64,000 nt of DNA from an uncultured delta proteobacterium (GCA_963711835.1 CAVQFQ010000015.1:108408-172407); one strand, 5' to 3'. Shown: positions 30,997 to 41,574, numbered from the stretch's first letter. Program-made: numbers and translations. The notes: generated from the sequence alone by a model not told the origin.

Positions 30997-31082
30997 AGGC
31001 GGCCCTGTATTGCAATTCAAGTTGACCGCTCCATAACCACCGGATAAAATAGGGGTTAAACTGTTACAGTCAAGGTAGGGAG

Positions 31083-33167
31083 ATGAACGAATCCCAAACG
31101 CATCCCGGCAGCAGCTTCCCCCTCGGGGCGACCGTTCTGTCCGGAGGCGTCAATTTCAGCGTCTATTCTAAAAATGCCGACAGGGTGGAGCTGCTCCTTT
31201 TTGACCGCGCCGCCGATACCCGGCCTTCCCGAATCATCTCTTTGGATATGGCGATGAACCGGACCTACTTTTACTGGCATGTGTTCGTACCCTGCCTCCG
31301 GCCCGGGCAGATCTACGGCTACCGCGTTTCTGGTCCCTTTGAGCCGGAAACCGGTTTGCGCTTCGATGGCCAGAAAGTCCTGCTCGACCCCTACGGCAAA
31401 GCCCTGGCGATGCCGGATCAATACAGCCGGCTGGCCGCCAGCCTTCCCGGGGACAACGCTGCCGTCGCCCTTAAAAGCGTGGTGGCCGATCTGAGTCTTT
31501 ATGACTGGGAGGGGGATAGGCCGCTTCGCCGCCCCTTTTACAACACGATCATTTATGAACTGCATGTCCGCGGCTTTACCCGCCATCCCAGTTCAGGGGT
31601 ATCGGAAGAAAAGCGGGGCACCTATGCTGGTTTAATCGAGAGAATCCCCTACCTTAAGGACCTGGGCATTACCGCCGTGGAACTGCTCCCGGTCTTTCAG
31701 TTCGACGACCAGGACGCGCCCCCCGGGTTCAAAAACTACTGGGGCTACAGCCCAGTGAGTTTTTTTGTCCCCCACGGGGCCTACTGTTCCTTTCGGGACC
31801 CGCTCGGTCCGCTGGATGAATTCCGGGATATGGTCAAGTCCCTGCACCGGGCCGGGATCGAGGTGATCCTGGATGTGGTCTATAACCATACTACGGAGGG
31901 GCATGAATACGGCCCAACCCTGTGCTACCGGGGATTGGAAAACCGGGCCTACTACATCCTGGAAGAAAACAACAGCCGTTACGCCAACTACTCGGGCTGT
32001 GGCAACACCCTGAATGCGGGCAACTCCATCGTTCGACGAATGATCATCGACAGCCTGCACCACTGGGTCAACGAAATGCACGTGGATGGCTTCCGATTTG
32101 ACCTGGCCTCCATCCTCACCCGGGATGAAAACGGCCAACCCCTGGCCAATCCGCCGGTCCTCTGGGACATCGAATCCGATCCGGTCCTGGCTGGAACCAA
32201 GCTGATCGCCGAAGCCTGGGACGCGGCCGGTCTTTACCAGGTGGGCAGCTTCATCGGGGAGAGCTGGAAGGAATGGAACGGGAGATTCCGGGATGACCTT
32301 CGGAGTTTCATGAAAGGGGACCGCGGCGCCGTTTCCCGGGTCGCCTCCCGACTGTTGGGCAGCCCGGACCTGTACGGCCATCAGGACCGGGAGCCGGAGC
32401 AAAGCATCAATTTTATCACCTGCCATGACGGGTTTACCCTCAATGACCTGGTCTCCTATAACCAGAAACACAACGAAGCCAACGGCGAGGAAAACCGGGA
32501 CGGGATGAATGACAACCTCAGTTGTAATTGCGGGGTGGAAGGCCCTACGGACGATCCGGACATTGAAAAACTCCGCAACCGCCAGGTGAAGAACTTTCTA
32601 ACCGTGACACTTCTGGCCATAGGGGCCCCCATGCTGCTCATGGGTGACGAAATGCGGCAGACCCAGGGGGGTAACAACAACGCCTATTGCCAGGACAATG
32701 AAATCAGTTGGCTGGACTGGAACCGCCTGGAACAACATGCCGACGTGCATAGTTTCGTTAAGAATCTGATCGCGGCCCGGTTGCGTTGGGACGCTTTCGA
32801 CCCGAGCCGGGAAGTTTCGTTGAGCCAAATCCTGCGTCAGGCCCGGATTCAGTGGCACGGGATCAAACTCAGCCAACCCGACTGGGGTCCCGACTCCCAC
32901 AGCATTGCCTTGACGGCCTGGAGCCGGCGGGGGCGGTTATTGACCCACATCATCTTGAACGGCTATTGGGAACCGCTGGCCTTTGAACTGCCGCCGGTTC
33001 AAAACCTGCAGGGAAAGGCCTGGCACCGCTGGATCGACACTTCCCTGGCGCCCCCTGACGACATCGGCAGTTGGGCCAATGCCCCGGCCGTTCCCGGGGA
33101 GACCTACCTGGTTCAACCGTGGTCCATCGTGGTGTTGATGGAGCGAATCGGAAAAAATTCTTCCTGA
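31083..33167 (+). CDS. glgX: Glycogen debranching enzyme (isoamylase, GH13)
   Basis: PLGAT, NYWGY, DVVYNHT, DGFRFDLAS, IAEAWD, TCHDGFTL. Confidence 0.95.
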   Translation: MNESQTHPGSSFPLGATVLSGGVNFSVYSKNADRVELLLFDRAADTRPSRIISLDMAMNRTYFYWHVFVPCLRPGQIYGYRVSGPFEPETGLRFDGQKVLLDPYGKALAMPDQYSRLAASLPGDNAAVALKSVVADLSLYDWEGDRPLRRPFYNTIIYELHVRGFTRHPSSGVSEEKRGTYAGLIERIPYLKDLGITAVELLPVFQFDDQDAPPGFKNYWGYSPVSFFVPHGAYCSFRDPLGPLDEFRDMVKSLHRAGIEVILDVVYNHTTEGHEYGPTLCYRGLENRAYYILEENNSRYANYSGCGNTLNAGNSIVRRMIIDSLHHWVNEMHVDGFRFDLASILTRDENGQPLANPPVLWDIESDPVLAGTKLIAEAWDAAGLYQVGSFIGESWKEWNGRFRDDLRSFMKGDRGAVSRVASRLLGSPDLYGHQDREPEQSINFITCHDGFTLNDLVSYNQKHNEANGEENRDGMNDNLSCNCGVEGPTDDPDIEKLRNRQVKNFLTVTLLAIGAPMLLMGDEMRQTQGGNNNAYCQDNEISWLDWNRLEQHADVHSFVKNLIAARLRWDAFDPSREVSLSQILRQARIQWHGIKLSQPDWGPDSHSIALTAWSRRGRLLTHIILNGYWEPLAFELPPVQNLQGKAWHRWIDTSLAPPDDIGSWANAPAVPGETYLVQPWSIVVLMERIGKNSS

Positions 33168-33183
33168 TAAGAAAGGAAAAATC

Positions 33184-34212
33184 ATGCCGGTTGCCGATTA
33201 TCATAGGTACGGTCAGATGCTCGAGCGGGCCCGGGAAGGGCGCTTCGCCTACCCGGCCATCAACGTGACCTCCCTGACCACGGCTAACGCCGTCTTGAAA
33301 GGGCTGGCCGAAAGCCGGAGCGACGGAATCATCCAGGTCTCCACCGGCGGGGCGGCCTTCGCTTCCGGATCCATGGTCAAGGACATGTTCCTGGGAGCGG
33401 TCTCTATCGCCGACCATGTCCACCGGGTGGCCGAACGCTACCCGGTCTATGTAGCTCTGCACACCGATCACTGCCAGGCGGACAAACTCGCCCAGTATGT
33501 CCTTCCCCTGGTGGAGGAGACCGAAAAACGCCGAGCTGCCGGTAGGCCGAACCTCTTCAGCAGCCACATGTTTGACGGCAGTGCCCTGCCCCTGAAAGAC
33601 AACTTAGATATCTCCCAAAAGCTTCTGGAGCGATTTCATAAAAGCGAATTGATCCTGGAAATCGAGGCCGGTGTGGTCGGCGGCGAGGAGGACGGCATCA
33701 AGGCCGAGGCCTCGGCCAAGCTCTACACCACCCCCGAAGATACCCTGGAGGTAGCCCGCCGCCTTAATTCAATAAAGGGGGCCCGCTACCTGCTGGCCGC
33801 CACCTTCGGAAACGTGCACGGCGTCTACAAGCCCGGGGCTGTCAAATTGAAACCCTCCATCCTGCGAGACTGCCAGGAGGCGGTCGTCAAGCACTATGGC
33901 GAGGAAGCCCGTTTCTTTCTGGTCTTTCACGGCGGATCGGGCTCGGAACTGGCCGATATCCATGAGGCCATTGATTACGGCGTGGTCAAGATGAATGTCG
34001 ACACCGACACCCAGTACGCCTTCACCCGGGCCATTGTGCACCATATGTACCGGCACTATAATGAGGTTCTGAAGGTGGACGGTGAAGTGGGGAACAAAAA
34101 GGCCTACGATCCCCGTCATTATCTGAACGAGGCCGAAGCCTCCATGGCCGAGCGGGTCAAACAAGCGGTAAGCGACCTGCGCTCAACCGGGACGACGATG
34201 TTTAAAGCCTAA
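33184..34212 (+). CDS. fbaA: Class II fructose-bisphosphate aldolase
   Basis: ALHTDHC, SHMFDGS, GGEEDG, FGNVHGVYKPG, FHGGSGS. Confidence 0.95.
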   Translation: MPVADYHRYGQMLERAREGRFAYPAINVTSLTTANAVLKGLAESRSDGIIQVSTGGAAFASGSMVKDMFLGAVSIADHVHRVAERYPVYVALHTDHCQADKLAQYVLPLVEETEKRRAAGRPNLFSSHMFDGSALPLKDNLDISQKLLERFHKSELILEIEAGVVGGEEDGIKAEASAKLYTTPEDTLEVARRLNSIKGARYLLAATFGNVHGVYKPGAVKLKPSILRDCQEAVVKHYGEEARFFLVFHGGSGSELADIHEAIDYGVVKMNVDTDTQYAFTRAIVHHMYRHYNEVLKVDGEVGNKKAYDPRHYLNEAEASMAERVKQAVSDLRSTGTTMFKA

Positions 34213-34238
34213 CTATTTCACCGCAAAGGTGCAAAGAA

Positions 34239-36338
34239 ATGAGCCGGGGCATCTATCTGCTCAGCAGCGAACCGCGCAGCGGCAAGACCCTCACGGCCGT
34301 CGGACTGATGGAGGCTGTCTCCACCAGGCTGCACCCGCTGGCCTTGTTCAGGCCTGTGGTGGCCGAGGGCCCTGATCAGGACCCCCTGATCGCCTTTACG
34401 GCTGATCGGTACGGCGGCCATTTCCCCTATGAAGACCTTTACGGGGTAAACCACCGGAAGGCCCTGGAATTGATCACGACCCAGGAGAAAAGGGAGGAAT
34501 TGTACGCCTTCATCCTGGAAAAATACAAGGACCTGGAAGCCCGCTGTGATTTTATTCTGGTGGTAGGTACCGGCTACCGGAGCGCGGCACCGATGCTGGA
34601 GTTCGATTTCAATACCGACCTGGCCCGGCACCTTGGCCTGCCGGTCATGCCCGTGGTCAAGGGCTTTGGAAAACCGCTGGACATAATCATCCAGGCCGTC
34701 CAGGGCCTGGGGGAAACCCTCAAAGAAAAACGCTGCGATCTGCTGGCCTTCGTTGTCAACCGGGTCGATCCCGACAACAAGAAGGAGATCGACGCCAGGC
34801 TTCAGCAGACCCTCGGAGGACTTTATTCCATTTTCACCCTGCCGGAGCACCCCCTGCTGGAGAAGCCGACCGTTCGGGATATCACGCAAGCCCTGAAAGC
34901 CGAACGAATAAGCGGCGAACCGGAGGCCTTCGACGGTCTGGTCCATCATTTTAAGGTGGCGGCCATGGAACTGCCTCATTTTCTTGATCACCTGGAGGAA
35001 GGCAGCCTGGTCATTACACCCGGCGACCGCTCCGACATCATCCTGGGCACTTTGGCCGCCGACCAGTCCCGGGCTTTTCCCAGAATCGCAGGGCTCCTGC
35101 TCTCGGGGGGTCAGGAACCGGCCCCCCAGATCATGCGGCTTCTCGGCGACTTGTCCCAGTCCAGCCCGCCGGTCCTGAGCGTGGCCACCGACACCTTTAC
35201 AACCGCCCTTCAGGCCAGCCGGGTCGAACCGGGCCTGGTCACCGAAGACCGGCGCAAACTGGCGGCCGCCGCCGGAATGATCGGATCTTCAATGGACCTG
35301 TCTTTCCTCCTGGAACGCCTGGCCCTATCCCGGTCGGAGCTCCTGACCCCGCTCATGTTCCAGCACGAACTGCTGAACAGAGCCCGCCGGGAGCTCAGGC
35401 ATATCGTGCTGCCGGAAGGTGAAGAGGAACGCATCCTCCGGGCGGCTGAAATCACCCTCCTGCATAAGGCCTGCCGACTTACTCTGCTGGGAAAGGTCGA
35501 TGAGGTCAAACAGAAGATTGCTGCCCTGGGCCTTTCCCTGGAAGGGGTGCCGATCATCGACCCGGCTACCTCCGAATTGAGAGCAGAGTTCGCCGAGGCC
35601 TATTATCAAGCCCGCCGGCACAAGGGCATTTCCAGGGAAATGGCCTTTGACACCCTGGCCGATGTCAGCTATTTCGGCACCATGATGGTCCACCAGGGAA
35701 AGGCCGACGGCATGGTTTCCGGTTCGGTTCATACCACGGCCCACACCATCCGGCCGGCCCTGGAGTTCGTTAAAACCAGGCCGGGTACGCTGCTGGTCTC
35801 CAGCATATTCTTCATGTGCCTGCCTGACCGGGTGCTGGTTTATGGGGATTGTGCCGTCAACCCCGATCCCACGGTTGAGGAGTTGGCCGATATTGCGGCC
35901 AATGCCGCGGCCACAGCCGCCGCCTTCGGCATCGAACCCCGGGTGGCCATGCTGTCTTATTCCACCGGGGAATCAGGGAAAGGGCCGGAGGTGGAAAAGG
36001 TGCGGGAGGCGACCCGGCTGGCCAGGAATCGTTTTCCGGACCTGAAGATTGAAGGCCCCATCCAGTATGATGCGGCCATCGACTCCGAAGTGGCCCGGGT
36101 CAAGATGCCGGCAAGCGAAGTGGCCGGCCGGGCCACGGTTTTCATTTTCCCGAACCTCAATGCCGGGAACAGCGCCTACAAGGCCGTGCAGCGTGCCGCC
36201 GGCGCTTTGGCCATCGGCCCCGTTCTCCAGGGCTTGAACAGGCCGGTCAACGACCTCAGCCGGGGGGCCACCGTGGCCGATATCGTCAACACCATCGCCA
36301 TCACGGCCATTCAAGCCCAGCAGGTAAGGGAGGCCTAA
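34239..36338 (+). CDS. pta: Phosphate acetyltransferase (long form)
   Basis: ITPGDRSD (DRTGG), IVLPEG, GDCAVNPDP, GPIQYDAA, NDLSRG. Confidence 0.95.
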   Translation: MSRGIYLLSSEPRSGKTLTAVGLMEAVSTRLHPLALFRPVVAEGPDQDPLIAFTADRYGGHFPYEDLYGVNHRKALELITTQEKREELYAFILEKYKDLEARCDFILVVGTGYRSAAPMLEFDFNTDLARHLGLPVMPVVKGFGKPLDIIIQAVQGLGETLKEKRCDLLAFVVNRVDPDNKKEIDARLQQTLGGLYSIFTLPEHPLLEKPTVRDITQALKAERISGEPEAFDGLVHHFKVAAMELPHFLDHLEEGSLVITPGDRSDIILGTLAADQSRAFPRIAGLLLSGGQEPAPQIMRLLGDLSQSSPPVLSVATDTFTTALQASRVEPGLVTEDRRKLAAAAGMIGSSMDLSFLLERLALSRSELLTPLMFQHELLNRARRELRHIVLPEGEEERILRAAEITLLHKACRLTLLGKVDEVKQKIAALGLSLEGVPIIDPATSELRAEFAEAYYQARRHKGISREMAFDTLADVSYFGTMMVHQGKADGMVSGSVHTTAHTIRPALEFVKTRPGTLLVSSIFFMCLPDRVLVYGDCAVNPDPTVEELADIAANAAATAAAFGIEPRVAMLSYSTGESGKGPEVEKVREATRLARNRFPDLKIEGPIQYDAAIDSEVARVKMPASEVAGRATVFIFPNLNAGNSAYKAVQRAAGALAIGPVLQGLNRPVNDLSRGATVADIVNTIAITAIQAQQVREA

Positions 36339-36351
36339 CAAGAGGCGGATC

Positions 36352-37576
36352 ATGAAGCTACTGGTCATCAACAGCGGAAGTTCCTCCATCAAGTTTGAGG
36401 TCTTTGCAGGAAAGGACTGCCGGCTGCTCATCAGCGGGCTGCTGGAAAAAATCGGCAGTCCGGATACCCGACTTCGCCTGAAGCGGCGTTCTGAAAGCGG
36501 GGCTTTTATCACATCCGAAACCATGGAAGAGGTGGCCGATCACGCCGGCGGATTTGCTTTGATCGGCCGGGTGAATGCCCGGGATAAGAACATCGCCTCG
36601 GAATCGGATCTTTTCGGTATCGGACACCGGGTGGTTCATGGCGGCGATTTGTTCCAGGATCCGACCCTGATTACCGCGCCAGGTTGTTGCGGCTATCCGA
36701 AGGCTCATCCCTCTGGCCCCGCTTCATAATCCATCCAACCTTTTGGGCATCGAGATTCTGCGGAAGTCGTTTCCCCGGGTACCCCAGGTGGCGGTCTTCG
36801 ACACCATGTTCCACCAGACCCTTCCGCCCCAGGCCTATCATTACGCCCTTCCCTATGAACTCTATGAAAAGCATCATGTCCGCCGGTACGGATTTCACGG
36901 CACCTCCCACTTCTATGTGGCCAAAGAAGCGGCCAGGCACCTGGGCCGGCCCTTTGAGAAAACCAGCCTGATCACCCTGCATCTCGGCAACGGGGCCAGC
37001 GCCACGGCCATTAAAATGGGCCGAAGCATAGATACCTCCATGGGGCTTACCCCTTTGGAAGGCCTGATTATGGGGACCCGATGCGGAGATATCGATCCGG
37101 CCCTTCACTTTTACCTGCTGCGCGAAACCGGGACGACCCCGGAGGAACTGGAGGGGCTCCTCAACTCCCGCAGCGGGCTCAAGGGGCTTTGCGGGTCAAA
37201 CGACCTGCGGGAAATCATCGAACTGATGGAGAGAGGAAATACCCGGGCCCGGCTGGCGGTGGAGATGTTCTGTTACCGGATTAAGAAATACATCGGCGCC
37301 TACCTGGCGGTGCTCGGCCGGGCGGAGGCCGTCGTCTTCACCGGAGGCATCGGGGAAAATGCACCGGTCATCCGGCAAAAGATCTGTGATGGCCTGGAAG
37401 GCCTGGGTATTGGTGTTGATGAAGGTAAAAATCGCGCTTCCTTGGGAAGCATTTCCGAAATTCAGAGGGATGGGCTGCCTATTAAAGTGCTGGTCATCAA
37501 GACCGATGAGGAATTAGAAATCGCCCGCCAGACCATCCAAGTCATTGAGCAAGCCGCGGGTTCAAACAGCAGGTAA
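36352..37576 (+). CDS. ackA: Acetate kinase; frameshift near 36680
   Basis: LVINSGSSSIK, GHRVVHGG; VFDTMFH, RRYGFHGTSH, HLGNGAS, TGGIGEN, TDEEL. Confidence 0.92.
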
Positions 37577-37677
37577 CTTAGTCATCCTCAGCGCGGCATA
37601 GCCGCAACCAAATCCGAAACCCGGGAAAAGATAAAAACAATCTCTCGCAGAGCGCGCCGAGAACACAGAGATTCTCT

Positions 37678-37712
37678 TTTTTCATTGCCGGTGAGTGGCC
37701 GGCAATGAAAAA
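37678..37712. terminator. Bidirectional terminator-like hairpin
   Basis: TTTTTCATTGCCGG-tgagtgg-CCGGCAATGAAAAA between convergent ackA and yafQ. Confidence 0.65.
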
Positions 37713-37826
37713 TCCGATCGAGGCTATCGCGCACCCAAGGCCGAAGGCCGAAGAAAGTTTTGAGCCTTGAGCTATCAGCTATGATCTGCCGTCATCGCCC
37801 TTGTCTTTCCTTTGAGCTGTGAGCCA

Positions 37827-37870
37827 TGAGCTTTTCCTCTCCCGCCTTGTTTTTCTTCGCCGAACTCCCA
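37827..37870. repeat. 44-bp direct repeat, copy 1
   Basis: One mismatch to 40145-40188. Confidence 0.85.
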
Positions 37871-38023
37871 ACTCTGAACTCCGAACGTTTTAATAAAAAC
37901 CCCTTGCCATCTCTCGATTTATCTGAATATACCTACCCTCAGCCTTACTGCGACTGCATCTTCAGCTAACATGATCGCTTCGCCCCCAAAACGGAAATAA
38001 TACTTCCGAAATCTTAGGGGAGA

Positions 38024-38299
38024 CTATCCTAATTTGAAAAGATCGGCATGAGACTCCGTCCTTTCAAAGATGATCCGATCTTCTTTCAAACAGTAAATAA
38101 GCAACCAATCCGCCTCGATATGGCATTCCCGTCGGCCGGCATAATTTCCAACAAGCCGGTGATCCCGGTTAAGCGGGTCGAGCTGTTTGCCTCCTATAAG
38201 TGAATGGGCAATGATTTTAAACTTTTCAAGATCCTTGCCGCGTTTTTTAAGCCTCTTAATATCCCTTTCGAATTGCCTGGTATAGACTGGGATTCTCAT
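38024..38299 (-). CDS. yafQ: YafQ family mRNA interferase toxin
   Basis: QFERDIKR, RDHRLVG, RECHIEADWLLIY, SHADLF. Confidence 0.9.
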   Translation of the reverse strand: MRIPVYTRQFERDIKRLKKRGKDLEKFKIIAHSLIGGKQLDPLNRDHRLVGNYAGRRECHIEADWLLIYCLKEDRIIFERTESHADLFKLG

Positions 38300-38559
38300 G
38301 AAATGCCCAACTTTTTGAACAGGTCTTCAGAATCTTTGCAAACCATGAGGTCCTTTCCGGCATCGGTCTTTTTAAAGGTCCTCAAGGTGGTCTGATTAGG
38401 AATGACTACATCGAAAGGAAGCCCTTGGCGCAAGGCAATTTGGCGGTAGAAAAGAGCAATGGCCTGTGTGGCCGACAAACCCAGTTTCCCGAGCAAGTCT
38501 TCGGCTTCCTTTTTTAGCTCCGGCTCTACCCTGGCCCTGACTGTTGCCGTTTTACTCAT
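38296..38559 (-). CDS. dinJ: RelB/DinJ family antitoxin
   Basis: KTATVRARVEPELK, LGLS...GLPFDVVIPN; ATGA overlap with yafQ. Confidence 0.9.
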   Translation of the reverse strand: MSKTATVRARVEPELKKEAEDLLGKLGLSATQAIALFYRQIALRQGLPFDVVIPNQTTLRTFKKTDAGKDLMVCKDSEDLFKKLGIS

Positions 38560-39298
38560 TTTAAGCCCTCCTTCGAATCTTTGTTTTTTGAGAGAATTGT
38601 AGCACAAGGGGGCTACAGATGCAATTTCCAATTTTATCGAATTCCGAACGTCTTTTTCTTCCCCCGTCTTGCGCCTCACGCCTTACGGTCTTCTTCCCAT
38701 GATTTAAATGTGAAACTGTATGAACTGCTATCGAAATAACATGTCGATGACATCGACACGTGGCGATTACGTGTCGATGTTGTTTGGATTCATGGGCACG
38801 TTTATTAATCACCCCTGCCTTTCATTTCCAACTTTCAGTTTAATTTGCCGGAAAAGGAAGAAATGGAACGGTTTATTGAAAAGCAGATGAGGGCAATAAG
38901 GGATGAAACTTAATACAGGGAAGTATACGGCCCGCAAAATAATTTGTGAGAAGTAATAAACCATTTTCTTCTCACAAAAAGTTTTTTGAGAAATATGATT
39001 CCCACAAAAGGAAAAGAGGTTTTGCAAGTTATGATAAACGTGTCGATGGCATCGGCATGAACTTGCCAAAAGAAATGGCAGCGATGGCCGGTTTTAGAGT
39101 CTGGGTAAATTTGAAGGAGTTGGGTTTTGGGGGGTAGGTGGCGCACATCCACTTGGGGTGATGAGGTCTCGCTGGAGTACGGCAAGGCTCTTCGCAGCCA
39201 TACAGAATCAAAAGTAATCTTTGTAGCCTTAGCATCTTAGCGCTGACCTGTTTTTTTTTCCCCGAACTCCGAACACCTTCCCTTGCCAAATTTTTCCG

Positions 39299-39333
39299 TT
39301 GACATATTACGCTTCACGTAATACTCTTCGACA
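39299..39333 (+). promoter_or_regulatory. higBA promoter with operator palindrome
   Basis: TTGACA-17 nt-TACTCT; TATTACG-cttca-CGTAATA in the spacer. Confidence 0.7.
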
Positions 39334-39612
39334 ATGATCAAGTCCTTTTCTTGCCGTGACACGGAAGCCTTATTCAATGATCGCAGGATCCGCCGTTTTC
39401 AGGCCTTTGAACGTCAAGCAAGAAAGCGTCTCTTGGTCTTGCAGGCCGCACCGACGCTGGAAGCTTTGAGGCTAAATCCAGGGAACAAATTTCATTCCCT
39501 GGTAGGGGATAGGAAGAACCGCTATGCCATCAGCATTAACAGCCAATGGCGGATTTGTTTTGAATGGCGTGAAGGAAACGCTTATCAGGTTGAGATTATT
39601 GATTACCATTGA
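39334..39612 (+). CDS. higB: HigB toxin (RelE/ParE superfamily)
   Basis: MIKSF, PGNKFHSLVGDR, ISINSQWRICFEW, IIDYH. Confidence 0.92.
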   Translation: MIKSFSCRDTEALFNDRRIRRFQAFERQARKRLLVLQAAPTLEALRLNPGNKFHSLVGDRKNRYAISINSQWRICFEWREGNAYQVEIIDYH

Positions 39613-39628
39613 GTGAGGTGTAGTTTTT

Positions 39629-39976
39629 ATGAGTCATCATAACCTGCTTGAACCGATCCCGCCCGGGGAGATCCTCAGGGAAGATTTTATGGAACCATTA
39701 GGGATCAGCATTAATCACCTGGCCCGAAATATCGGGGTTCCACCTAACCGGATCAGTGAAATTGTCAACGGCAAAAGGGCTGTTACAGCCGATAGCGCCC
39801 TTAGGTTACAGAGGTTTTTTGGGGTTGAAGCCCAATTTTGGCTGAATCTTCAATCGGAATACGATCTTAGGCTGGCTAAGCGTCAAAAGTGGCCGGAGAT
39901 TGAACGGACCATTATCCCTCTCAAACCAAAAATCTCCGGACCTACCGCCGATAAGGGAGTCGTCCTAATCTCTTAA
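39629..39976 (+). CDS. higA: HigA antitoxin (XRE HTH)
   Basis: PGEILREDF, ISEIVNGKRAVTADSALRL, FWLNLQ. Confidence 0.92.
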   Translation: MSHHNLLEPIPPGEILREDFMEPLGISINHLARNIGVPPNRISEIVNGKRAVTADSALRLQRFFGVEAQFWLNLQSEYDLRLAKRQKWPEIERTIIPLKPKISGPTADKGVVLIS

Positions 39977-40144
39977 GTTTCCCGAGGGCAGATCCCCATG
40001 GACTCCGCAGCTCCGGCCTTAGCGCCTTTGCGGTGATATAAGTCCTTTGTTTTTCGCCGAACAACGAACGCTGAACGCCTTAAGCCGTTCCACTCCTTTC
40101 CGCTCTCACGCCCCACCGCCTTACGGCTTTTTCCCTATGAGCTG

Positions 40145-40188
40145 TGAGCTTTTCCTCTCCCGCCTTGTCTTTCTTCGCCGAACTCCCA
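40145..40188. repeat. 44-bp direct repeat, copy 2
   Basis: One mismatch to 37827-37870. Confidence 0.85.
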
Positions 40189-40441
40189 GCTCCGAATGTC
40201 TTTTTAAAAAGCCTTTGACTTCTCCCAAAACTTTCGCCTATACTTACACTTACATATCCCCGTGGGCTTTCCCCTGAATCTCTTTCACCCGTTTGTGTGA
40301 AGTTAACCTTTCTTTGTTGTTGAAGTAAGCCCCACGGCCAATCGGCCGGTTGAAGTGATAGCTTTACAAATATGCCTTTAATTTCGAACAAAAAATTGAT
40401 GCAAAGAAAATAACCCCAATTCCAGTGAGTAAGCTTTAGCT

Positions 40442-40470
40442 AAGCACATTCTGCACGAACGTCCCCTTTT
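40442..40470. repeat. Orphan copy of the Y1-transposon terminal repeat
   Basis: AAGCACATTCTGCACGAACGTCCCCTTTT; 28/29 match to the reverse complement of 61142-61170. Confidence 0.8.
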
Positions 40471-40730
40471 ATTCTTTTGATTATGGACCTTTCTTCCTGT
40501 AATGGTGTTGTGCTATACAAGCCGTTCTTAAAATATTTCGCTCGGTAATTGTCAAACACACACCGCCTATTTGTTGTTCATAATTATTTCTATCAAAGCA
40601 GGTGCAGGGGTTTTATAACAGTCATATACAAAGCTCCGGCATCCCTTTTTTTCCTTGACGCTTTTAATTTTCCAATTTAATATCGATCCTAACTCTAAGT
40701 AAATTCTATCAATTCCTGCGAGGAAAACCC

Positions 40731-41402
40731 ATGACCGGAATAATGGAAATGGTAATTAGGTTGCTTCTCGGAGCCCTTCTGGGTGGGATAATCGGCTTTG
40801 AACGGTATACTCATGGTCGGCCTGCCGGTTTCAGGACTCATTTAATCGTCTGTTTAGCTTCGGTCCTTATCATGATGGTCTCTGTTGACTTTCACTATCT
40901 AACCAAACAAAATCCCGACTATATAAGAATTGATCCCTCTCGGGTGGCTGCTGGGGCCATCACTGGAATAGGATTTCTGGGCGCTGGCGTTATTATTAAA
41001 ACAGGATTTATTGTCCAGGGCCTTACGACCGCAGCCTGTCTTTGGATTGTTTCTGCTATCGGCTTGGCGGTGGGTGTTGGACTTTATCTCCCGGCTATAA
41101 TAGCAACCCTTATTACAATGATCTCTCTATGGGTCCTAAGGGGAATTGAACAAAAAATGGAAAGGAAATTATATAAATATGTCGGTATCACCACCGGCAG
41201 TGCCGATAAAGAAAAAATAATCGAAGAGGTATTAAAAGAGGCAACGGCGTCTATCGAAAATATCAATTATGAATACAACCGGGTTAGTAATATTTTTAAT
41301 TACACTTTTACTGTTTCAGTGGACGACAGAGGGGATCTCTCTGGTTTACTTGCCAAGCTTAGTTCAGTTGAAGGCATCAGCAGGGTATCAATCAAAGGCT
41401 GA
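40731..41402 (+). CDS. MgtC/SapB family membrane protein
   Basis: IGFER, PAGFRTH, TGIGFLGAG, GLTTAA; visibly AT-richer than neighbours. Confidence 0.9.
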   Translation: MTGIMEMVIRLLLGALLGGIIGFERYTHGRPAGFRTHLIVCLASVLIMMVSVDFHYLTKQNPDYIRIDPSRVAAGAITGIGFLGAGVIIKTGFIVQGLTTAACLWIVSAIGLAVGVGLYLPAIIATLITMISLWVLRGIEQKMERKLYKYVGITTGSADKEKIIEEVLKEATASIENINYEYNRVSNIFNYTFTVSVDDRGDLSGLLAKLSSVEGISRVSIKG

Positions 41403-41574
41403 TTAGTTTAGGCAAGGTGAAGTGGTCCATATCACTCACCGTTGCCATAAGATCACAAATGGATCTAATCCCCTAAAACCTTCCAGTAAAAGATATGATA
41501 AACGGTTTCGTCCCGGCCTTTCAGGTCCCTACTCCCGACCGGCTTTCTCAACCGCCCAAAGGAGATCAAATTTT

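Noticed and set aside
36660-36745. Programmed frameshifting in ackA or other split genes
   Set aside because: No slippery heptamer or stimulatory structure; similar breaks occur in many unrelated genes, favouring sequencing error.
38561-39289. Small ORFs between dinJ and higB
   Set aside because: Overlapping in several frames, no RBS or recognisable motifs, AT-rich palindromic DNA.
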